Assembly (NCBI GenBank): GCA_050613775.1 | Contig: JBODTK010000114.1 | Coordinates: forward strand, 186,001-250,000 | Origin: Neocallimastix sp. 'constans' | Taxonomy: Eukaryota | Direction: 5' to 3' | DNA length: 64,000 nt | Shown: in pieces, positions 52,970 to 64,000 of the stretch | How positions within the stretch are numbered: the stretch's first letter is position 1 | Layout: each line of letters starts with the position of its first letter | Notes under the pieces: model-generated | Told to the model about the DNA's origin: nothing | The model's input: the letters and a program-made list of their open reading frames with translations, nothing else | Databases searched by the model: none | Position numbers and translations under genes: made by a program

Positions 52970-55107
52970 TTTGATTTATTATTATTAATTTCTTTTTTTA
53001 TTAAAAAAAAAAAAAAAGATAATAAAAATAATTATAAATTAAATTAGCAATATGTTATAACTTTATAATAATGGTATTATTATTTTTCTTTCTTTTCAAA
53101 AAGAATGGTATATTAAATAAATAAATAAATATAATAATTTATTTATTTGAATTTTTTATTTGAATTTTTTATTATTATTATTTATATTTTAGGGGTATAT
53201 TTTTTATTTTATTTTTTTTTTTTATAAATTATTATAAAGAATGATAATCTTTTTCATATATGATAAAGAGATTAATAATAAAAAGAAAAAAAAAATTTTT
53301 TTTGAAAAAAAATGTAAATTATATACTATTTTATTATATTTAAATTCACTTTTTTTATTGGATTCTAATTTTTATTTTATATTATTTATTATATTTAAAT
53401 TATATTTAAAAAGGTTTTATAATTAGATTGTTATTAATAAATTTCCTTTTTATTTTATTTTATATTATTTTTTGTAATATTTTATTTAATTTTATTTTAT
53501 TTTATTTTATTTTATACTTTTATTCATTTATTATTAAAAATAAAAAAATAAATTATTTTATTATTATTTTTTATATCTTTAATTTTTATTTTATTTAATA
53601 TTATAAAAAGATTCACTGAGAAATCAATGTTCATTATTATAATTATAATTAATTATTTTCAAAGGGAAATTAATTTTATTCATTTATTAGTCATCTTAAA
53701 TAAAAATAAATATAATTTATTTAATTAGTAAAAGATATATTTAAATCCATCTTTCTTTATTGGCTAGAAATAATAGATTTAATTATAAAGTGAAGAAAAC
53801 TTTTATTTACTATTTTATAATTAGATATTAATATTCATCGAAATAAATAATAAAAAAAAAAAATTACTAATTATATATAATAACTATATCAATTTTAATT
53901 CTTATTATTTGTTTATATGTTTAACATTAAACAAATCTAAAATAAATTTAATGCATTATATATTGTTAATTAAAGTTCCTCTTAAAGAATTATTATCTAT
54001 TACGGTTTAGTTATTCGTTGAAATTTTTTATTTTTTGATAGCATTTAATAATAAAATGTTATATAATTAATTAAATTAATTTATTAATAATAAAACAAAA
54101 TAAAATGAAATGAAATAAATAAAATAAAATAAAATAAAATAAAATAAATATAAAACTTTATGATGTAGTAATTTTTTTATTTTTTATTTAAATATATTTT
54201 AATAATAATATAATTATTATAGTGGTCATAGGCATTTAATTTTTAAATTTAATTAACCAATAATCAAAATAATTCGATTTCCAATTTTAAAAATTTACTT
54301 TAATTTCACCAATACTTTTTAAGAATTAATTAGTATGAAATAAAAAAAAAAATTATTTGTTATTATAAATAATTATTTTATAATAATAATAAAAAATAAT
54401 AAAGAACAAATAATAATAATAATAATAAAAAAAAAAAAAAAAAAAAAAAAAGATTAGAATAATTACCATTATAAATATTTAAATAAAAAATATACATAAA
54501 CTATATATCTCTCTAATTTCTATAATTATTTCATAGTAATTAGTAATAATTTTATACTTTGTAGATTTTTAATTATTTTTTTAAATTTTGTGGTATTTCA
54601 ATTATTGTGGATTTTTAATTATTTTTTAAAATTTTTTGGTATTTCAATTATTTTTAAACTTTTTTTTTTTTTTACCAAAGTTAAACATAATTAAATCATT
54701 GATATATTTTAAATACCTTATATTATTTATAAGTTTAATATAATTTAATATATTAATAAAAAATCTTTTAAATATAATTATATTAATTGTAATTACTATA
54801 AAAGAAATAAATAACAATAATAAATAAATAATTAATAATAACAAATAAATAAATGATAAATAATAAATAATAAATAAAGAATAAAAATATAATACATGTT
54901 ATATAATAAATGGATAAATAAATAATAAATGATTATGGAATAATTAATAAAAAATTATTAATATAAATAATTAATGTTACTATACTTTATATCAATTTTT
55001 AAATGGAATTTAAAGTTTACAAATCCACATAGGATTAATTACAATTACCAATAATTAATAGATTAATAAATATAATAGAATAGTATAAATATAAATATGT
55101 GTTTTTC

Positions 55108-55905
55108 ACTATATAATAAATAATCAAATTTTATTTTAGATAATTTATAAATGATTATTATTGTATCTACAAATATTTATTATATTATTAAATAATGTAC
55201 AGATTTCAAAACTTATATTACATTATCTATATTTAAATTAGAGTATATAAATTTTTATTCATTGCACTCACTGGTTCATAATTGCATTATTCACACTGTT
55301 TGCTCCATTCTGGCATAACTACATAGTTATACCAATATGCATTCATTTTACTCACATCGTTCATTGCTGCGCCTTCACACTGTTTCGCTGCATTCCTTAC
55401 ATATATGCATATAGTTGCAAAATATGTGTAAATAATGCAATACTGCTAATATAACATGAAGATACACATGTAACTCATTCTAAACACTCATAATTGCATT
55501 ATTCATGCATGTCCATTCGTTCTGTATGTAATCGTGCAATGTTGATAAATAGTGCCTATATAACTATATATTATATGCCTGTCATACATTCATAGCGCTC
55601 ATAAACTGCGTTTATTCACAGCTCTTCATGCATTCGTGTATATATCGTCATATATGTGTTTATGCACTCAAACGCATAATATTGAACATTATACAGTTTG
55701 CGTGCATTTCAACGCATATAATAATATCACAAATTTCGGCATATACCAGTATATACTATATAATAAATAATCAAATTTTATTCTAGATAATTCATAAATG
55801 ATTATTATTTTATCTTTAATTATTTATAACATTATTAAATAAAATACAGATTTCAAAAATTTTATTACATTATCTATATTTAAATTAGAGTATATAAAAT
55901 TTTTA
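55108..55905. repeat. ~150 bp diverged direct repeats flanking a ~500 bp GC-elevated internally repetitive island
   Basis: actatataataaataatcaaattttatt...ttacattatctatatttaaattagagtatataaa at ~55108-55257 and ~55756-55905. Confidence 0.88.
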
Positions 55906-56295
55906 AATTAATAATCTAAAAAAAAATTACTTTTTAATTTTTTTTCCTACTCTATTTAATATATTTAATTATAAGAATAAAAAATATTTCTTAATTATTA
56001 AATATAGTATTTCCTGAAATGAGTATAATTTTATTTCGTTTTATGAATATGAAGGAAATATTTTATAACAAACAAATTTTTAAACAATAAAATTTTTACA
56101 ACTATTAAAATTAAATATCAATATTATTATTTTGTTAAATTAAAATTATACTATTTTGTTTTATTTATTTAAAAATTTTTTTATGATTAACAAATTTTTA
56201 GTATTAAAACTGTAAAAATAAAATTATACTATCTTAATTTGCCATTGTACTAATCAACATTAATATATTTATGTTAATATTTTTTTTTTTAGAAT

Positions 56296-56615
56296 TTATA
56301 TAAATTTTTTTTTTTTATTTTATAACTATTTATAGAAAATTATATAGTGATTTTATTTAAAAAAAAAATTTTTTTCGTTGTTATATTAATCAATAAGAAA
56401 TACAAAATAGATGTATAAATTCATTATTTTTTTTGAAGTAAAAATATTAAAAATTATATAAATTTTTTTTTTTTATTTTATAACTATTTATAGAAAATTA
56501 TATAGTGATTTTATTTAAAAAAAAATTTTTTTCGTTGTTATATTAATCAATAAGAAATACAAAATAGATGTATAAATTCATTATTTTTTTTGAAGTAAAA
56601 ATATTAAAAATTATA
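56296..56615. repeat. ~160 bp near-identical tandem duplication
   Basis: tatataaatttt...ttttcgttgttatattaatcaataag...gaagtaaaaatattaaaaattata occurs twice. Confidence 0.9.
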
Positions 56616-56969
56616 AGGAGTAATATATATGGATTTAGAAATATTTAAAATAAAATAATAATAATAAAAAAAAAAAAAAAAAGATTTTAATGTATTTATT
56701 CTGAGAACTCATTATTGTAAAGAACATATGATGACATATAAATTTTAATTGAATAAAATATCGAGTTAATCATAAAATACATATTACATATTTAAATATT
56801 AAATTTAACAAGGTTTATAATGAATTTATTTTAATATTTAGGTTCTTATAATGTTAGTTAAAATGAATATTAAAATTTTTTTTATATATAATATATAAAC
56901 ACATTTTTATAAATTAAATTTAATAAGATATTCTTTTATTCGAGAAGAAAAAAGAATATTATAGATATC

Positions 56970-57365
56970 ATGGAGGTAATTAAAATAATGAAGAATTGAA
57001 AAATCTTTTTCGAAGCAATTAAAAATTATGATATAGAAAATGTGAAATAAATTTTAGCTTCTTCAAATAAAAATAAATTTATCATAAATATTAATCAATT
57101 ATTATGAAAATGAAAAGTATACATGATATGACCATAAAAAAAAAAAAAAAAAAAAAATAGATATGATGAAGATACTCATATATTATGCTTTTGAAAATAA
57201 AATTATGTTAAATATTAATGAAAAAAAGGCATTAATAGAAGTTTCCCATTTTAGAAGCAATTAAAAAGAATTATATTAATAATAAAAATGCTGAAATAGC
57301 AAAGTTTTTATTAGACTATGCTATAAAAATAATATTTTTTTAGAGATGAATACAAAAAATAAAAT
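56970..57365 (+). pseudogene. Ankyrin-repeat protein pseudogene
   Basis: Fragments FEAIKNYDIENVK*ILASSNKNKFIININ, IDMMKILIYYAFENKIMLNINEK and LEAIKKN...NAEIAKFLLDYA match the expanded anaerobic-fungal ankyrin pattern. Stops and frameshifts. Confidence 0.75.
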
Positions 57366-57882
57366 TATAAAAAAAAGTTTTTTTTTATAATTAATTTATT
57401 AAATAAAGCAATAAAAATTAAATGAAAATTATAAAAATATCGATTTTATTATAAATACCAAAAAAAAATTTTTTTTATTTAAATTAATAGATTTTGGTGT
57501 TATATTTTAAGTTCTAATAATAAAAGACTTTAAAATTTTGAATTGAATTCTTACCTAATAAAAATATTATTTAATTTTTAGCTCGTACTTAATAATTTCT
57601 ATATTTTAATTCAAAGAATTCATAATGCTTTGATAATTCAGACATAGGATTAAGCATCAATAAAAAACTCCATAATTGGGAAAGTAAATAATAATAATGA
57701 ATAATGTTATTGATAATAATTATAATTACAACATATCGAGGCTTTTAATTAAGCCACTTTTTTGTTCATCTTATAGAATATTTGTAAATATAATTTAATA
57801 TATATATATGTTTGCTTATATTACTTTAATAATGATAATAATTACGATCTTAATATCTAATCAAATAAAAAAAAAATCATAG

Positions 57883-57922
<40 letters not shown>

Positions 57923-59057
57923 TAGAGAAAGAACCTTTGGATGGATTCAATTTATTTGAACTCCAAGTCCTGTAGTATGCTTGTAACTCATAATACTTAT
58001 CTAAATGAATAATAATGAATAATTTTTTTTTTTTTTTAATTTTAATACACATTTTTTATATTCATAAATTTTATATTGAATAAATTTATTAGTATGAAAA
58101 TAATAAAACAGAAAAATGTGATAAGAATTAATATATATATTTTTTTAATAATTAATTATTATAATAAAGGAAATGATCAAAATTTATAATTAATTAATAA
58201 ACAATAGACAATAAACAATAATAAAATATAATAATAAATATTAAATAATAATAATAAATATTATATAATTATAAATAATAAATAATAGTTAATAATACAT
58301 AATATTTATTTTCTAATATTTCGATAAATTCGTTATAAAATAACAAAAAGAAAAAAAAATTTATATTGTATATTTAATTCTATTTATTAGTTAAAATTGT
58401 ATCTTTCTTTTAATATTATTGAAGCTTTATATTGATTTCATTTTGTGGACTTGATTTTAGTTTTGTGTTAAAAATTTAAATTTATTTTATTTTATTTTTA
58501 TTTTTACTTTAAATTAATTTATATTTATATTTATTAATAAAATTAATTTTTTTTTTTTTTGTATTTTTCATTTTTTAATTTTTAATTTTTAATTTTTAAT
58601 TTTTAATTTTTAATTATATTATTAGAAAATTTTTTAATCATTTTATTTTATTTTTTTTTAAAATTATAAAGAATAATTAATTTTAATAATAAATGATATT
58701 TGGAATAAAAATAATAAATATACTAGTAACTAATGATAGATACAAACACTATATTAAATATATCCTATTATTTAAAAAAATTTTAATTGATACCTACCTT
58801 GGGTCCTATTTCTAAAACATTATTTTTAAACATAATCTATTATTTTAACTTTATATATCATTTTTAATTATAATAAGAATGATAGAATAAATATATATTA
58901 AAAAATAAAATTAAAAACGAAAATTTGATAAATTAAATATAAATCATTTTAATCTTTGGGGTTAATTTTGTTTATTTGATTTTTTTTTGTAGAACTTTAA
59001 AACTTTATTTATTTTATTTTAATTAAAAGTAAAAAATATATTTATTATTATTATTTA

Positions 59058-59094
<37 letters not shown>

Positions 59095-59979
59095 ATTAAT
59101 ATTTATTATTATTATTATTATATAATTAAAATTATTAAAAGTACCATAATAAAAATAAAATATATATATATATATAGGGGAATATTCACCAAAAAATTTA
59201 AAACATTTATATATTACTAAAATTAAAATAAAATTAAATAAAAATAAAAATATTAAAAATAAATAATTATAATATTGTATATTATTATTTATATGTTAGA
59301 TTTTATTTTTTTTATTATTTTTTTATTATTTATTTATTATTTATTATTTATTATTTATTATTTTTTATTTATAAATTTTTTATTATTTATTATTTATAAT
59401 ATCTATTAAATTAAATTATTAATGTTGAAATGGCGAACTAATTAATAGAAGCCACAATAAAATTTTATTATATAAATAAATATGTACATTAGTTTATATA
59501 ATACATTTATTTTAAATTTACCAAAAAAAAAAAAAAAATTTTAATAAACTTTTCACCTTTTTAATTTAATTTAATTTATTTTATTCAATCTATACTTTAT
59601 ATTCATCTTCTACTATTTATTTTATTATTTTTTTTTAATAATTTTAAGTACTTTTTATTTATTTTTCTTGTTAATAAATAAATAATAAAATGAATAAATG
59701 AATAGACAAATAAATAAAATAAATAAATAAATATGTGATTTATATAAAAAAAAATAAAGGGATCTGAATGAATATAAGTAATACTAATAATAGTATTGCA
59801 TAAATAATCACTTCATTATAATTAATCAAGGTTAGAGAAAATGAGAAAATATTATTAAATAATAAAAATAAATATAAATATATCTTTAATAGTATTAAAA
59901 GACAAAATAATTCTATATTACTATAAACCATTAAATATATATTCAGTAATCCAATAATAATCATTACTTTTTTTTCTTT

Positions 59980-60010
<31 letters not shown>

Positions 60011-62782
60011 CATATTATGAATTATATATAATATGTAATACGCATTGTTTATTTAATTTTTATTTTATTATATTATATCTTATTATATTTCATATAAGAA
60101 TTTTGATGTTGATCCTTTATTTCCTTTTGAGAGAAAAAAGCAAAAAAAAAAAAAAAAAAAAAAAAAAAGTTGAAATGAATTCGATATTTTGAATGGATAT
60201 TGAATTTATTAATTATTATGAATTTTTTCAAAATAATATTCATCTTTTCTATTTTCAATATTTTGTGAAACAAATTTTAATAAAGTTCGACAAAGAAAGA
60301 AAGAAAAAAAAAAAAAATTAAAAATAGATAATATATTATTTGTACTATTTTTTTTTTTTTTTTTTAAATTATTTTTTAAAATTTTATTATACAAAAATTT
60401 TTTTAATTTTAATTTTTTTTTTTTTTTTAATTATTTAAAATTATTTTATTTTATATGAAGGAATAATTATAAGTAAAAAATATATGTAATAATTTTATTA
60501 AGAGAAAAATATTTTTTATAAATAAGAAAATACTTAATAAATAATATAATATATAGAAATAATTTTTTTATTTTTATTTTTATGTATAAATCAAATGAAA
60601 AGATGCTTTTTGAAATTTGAAATACAATTAAGTATACATAGAATAAATGATTTTTTTTATTATTTGTATATTATAATTAAAAATAATAATAGATATGTAA
60701 TATTACTTCAGTGAATAAAAAATTAAAAATATAAAAATAAAAAAATAAAAAGGCTATGAATATTTGAAGGCGTATATTATTTGAGAATGAAAATTTTATA
60801 TTGATATATGTTTTAATTAACAAATTTAAAATAATTATATAAATCTTAGAATAACACCTACAAAAATATGTATATAAGGATTGTATTATTCGAATTTCAA
60901 CAAATTTAAGTTCAACTTATAATTTTAAAATTTTCTTATATTATATGTTTTTTATAGAAGTATTTTATATATATTACAAATTTAACGTTATTGAGTTAAT
61001 ATTAGCTATATCATATTAATGCTTAAACAAGTATTTTTAAATCAAATCTTTCGAAATTTATTGAAAATTGTGTTCTATAGAATAATATCAATATACTTAC
61101 ACATTTTATTGCTTTATTGTAATAAAATTTCTTTTTTTTTTGGTATTTAAATAGATATACAACATTTATGAAAAACAAGCCTTAATAAAGCATATTTTCT
61201 ATTTCATTTTGTTTTTATTTATTTATTATTACTTTTTAAAAAATTTTTATATAACTGTTTTGAAGAGGTTAAAAAAAAAAAAAATTTATTTTCTTCATTT
61301 ATAAATTTAAAACTGAATAATTACAATAATATTTATAAAATAAATATTAATAATAAAGATGATATAATAATTAATAATATTTTTTATTTAATTATTAATT
61401 TTTTCTTTTTAAAAAAATAAATTTTATTTTAATATAAAAAAAAATTTTTAATTAATTAAAAAATTTATAATATATTATTATTATCATTACAAAATTTGTT
61501 ATTATTAAAATTTATTATTAAATAAAGTTTCTACTTTCAAAAATATTTTGATTATTTTTAACATTGTATATTAAAATATATTGATAATATATATTACAAT
61601 AAATATTCGAGTTTTTTTTTTTAATCTTTATTTTAATTTAGTTTAAATAGATTGATCAACCATATATTATTATATATTATAATATAAATATTTCAATTGA
61701 TTAAAATATTAATAACATATATTAATCATATATTAGTGTATACTTTTCAATATAAATTTTTATATTTTATTAAATAAAACATAAATAAATAAATAAATAA
61801 AATGAATAAATAAATAAATAAATAAAAAATAGAACAATAATATATTTTAATAAATTTAATTAGATTCAATTTATATATATATAGTATTCTTTAATAAATA
61901 GTAAATATATAATCAATAATCAATAATATATTATAGAATTAATCAATAGTAAAATATATTAAGAATGTTAACTTTTTTTAAAAAAATATAGAATTACTGA
62001 GTTATAATAAAAATAAATAAATGAATAAAATAAATAAAAAGAATATATATAGTATATATTATATAATGTAATATAATATATTATAAAATTAAACAAATGA
62101 AAAAAAATCGTAAATTTTATATTTAATACTATTTTTTTTTTTTTTATTAAATTTTTTCTTTGCGTTTTTTTATTTTATCTAAGGATAAATAATAATCATT
62201 ACTTGGAGTAAAAAAAATTATAATAATTTGTTTATACCTTATAATTTAATATCATTCTTTTTAATACCTGGTAAGTAATAGATAAATAAAAAGAGAAAAA
62301 GAAAAAGAAAAAAAAGGGAACATAGGAAAAAATATAAATATAATAATAAAAAAAAAAAGCAATAAAATTTATAAATAGTATTTTTTTTTTCGAGAAAAAA
62401 TAATACATGGTATATAAATAATTTAATCACACCAATGTATATAATGGAGTGTGTTCAATTGATATATATATATATAAAACGATAAATATAAAAAAAGTAT
62501 TAATATTAAATGATATTATTGTTACTTCTAATAGTATTATTAATAAAGATTAATTTTTATATAAAAAATAATATGTATATTTTTATTTTTATTTTTATTT
62601 AATATTATTCTTACTCATATTTGATATTAAAAATGATTAAATTAAAAATAATATATTAATATAATTATTTTTTTTTAATTTATTTTGTATTTTATAATTA
62701 TAATTTTATTTTTATTTTTATTTTTTTTTTATATATTAAATATAAATAATTCAAACATAAAAATAAAAAATATAGAACAAAA

Positions 62783-63970
62783 ATGATTGGAATGAAGGCT
62801 CAAAACGTTGGTATTGTTGCTATGGAAATCTACTTCCCAAAACAAGTAATTTTTATAATCAAATTATGTTTTTATAATGAATAATTATAATCATGAATAG
62901 AAAAAACAAGGAATAATAAAATAAAAATAAAAAATCAGGATTTATTTATTATTTTAAAATTATAAGTGATGTTATGGAAACTTTTTTTTTTTTTTTTTTT
63001 TTTTACTTTGTTTTAATATAAAATTTATAAAATATTAACTTTTTTACTATATATTATTAATAAAAATATGTTTTATTTTAATTCAATTTTAATAAAATAA
63101 ATATAGTATGTTGATCAAGCACAATTAGGTAAAAATTTATTATAATAGAAGAATTTAATTTATATATATATAACAATTCAAATGAATAAATTTGTGTTAT
63201 TAAATGTAACAAAAATAATGATTATTTTTATAAATTTTAAATTATTATTATAGAAATTTTCGATGGTGCTTCTACTGGTAAATATACCATTGGTTTAGGT
63301 CAAACCAGAATGGCTTTCTGTGATGACAGAGAAGATATTAACTCTGTTTGTTTAACTGGTAAATAATAAATAATTCATAAATTATATATATGTTGAACAT
63401 AATAATTATTAAAAAAATAATTAATATTTAAAATATTACTTTTAATATTATTATAAATATTATTAATTTTTTTATTTTTTTTATTTTTTTAATTTTTTTT
63501 TATTTTATAATTTGTATATATATATTATATATTTATAAATCATTTTAAAAATAATTTATTATTGTAATATTCTTATTCTTAATTTAATAAATTAATATAA
63601 AATACATTAGTTGTAAGAAATTTAATGGAAAAATACAATGTTGACTATAATCAAGTTGGTAGATTAGAAGTTGGTACTGAAACTATCATTGATAAATCCA
63701 AATCTGTTAAATCTACTTTAATGCAACTTTTCACTCAATCAGGTAACACCGATATTGAAGGTATTGATACTACTAACGCTTGTTATGGTGGTACAAATGC
63801 TTTGTTTAATACCATTAACTGGATGGAATCCACTTCTTGGGATGGTCGTTATGGCTTAGTTGTTGCTGGTGATATTGCAGTTTACGCTTCTGGTAATGCT
63901 AGACCAACTGGTGGTTGTGGTGTTTGTGCTTTATTAATTGGTCCAGATGCTCCAATTGTTATGGAACAAG
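62783..63970 (+). CDS. ERG13: Hydroxymethylglutaryl-CoA synthase, 5' part. Exons 62783-62845, 63107-63128, 63254-63358, 63611-63970; continues past the window
   Basis: Spliced in frame across GT..AG introns: [29 protein letters not shown]...[25 protein letters not shown], catalytic TNACYGGT and ARPTGG. Confidence 0.97.
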
Positions 63971-64000
63971 GTTAGAAATTTATTTTTTTTTTAAATTATT

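Noticed and set aside
57650..60400. Faint coding-like patches on the minus strand (e.g. HLDKYYELQAYYRTWSSNKLNPSKG)
   Set aside because: Could not be assembled into a spliced gene or assigned to a family; possibly old pseudogene debris.

Overview
Extremely AT-rich eukaryotic DNA with spliceosomal introns. Fungal non-catalytic dockerins and lineage-typical ankyrin repeats point to an anaerobic gut fungus (Neocallimastigomycota); this is an inference. From left to right: (1) a decayed Ty1/copia gag-protease remnant; (2) two abutting, convergent Mutator-like elements, one with an intact transposase and one decayed that carries a ~2.4 kb foldback minisatellite; (3) a tandemly duplicated locus whose intact copy encodes a secreted protein with a subtilisin-propeptide (I9)-like domain and three dockerins but no catalytic domain; (4) a decayed secreted-protein ORF; (5) a ~24.6 kb gene desert with clustered TGACGT and CACAAA motifs upstream of (6) a 2-exon NDT80/PhoG transcription factor; (7) a pile of four decayed LINE fragments; (8) an intronless, basic, Q/N-rich orphan ORF; (9) an unexplained ~500 bp island between ~150 bp direct repeats; (10) an ankyrin pseudogene; and (11) the first four exons of HMG-CoA synthase. 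All calls were made by eye without database searches, and repeat boundaries are approximate.
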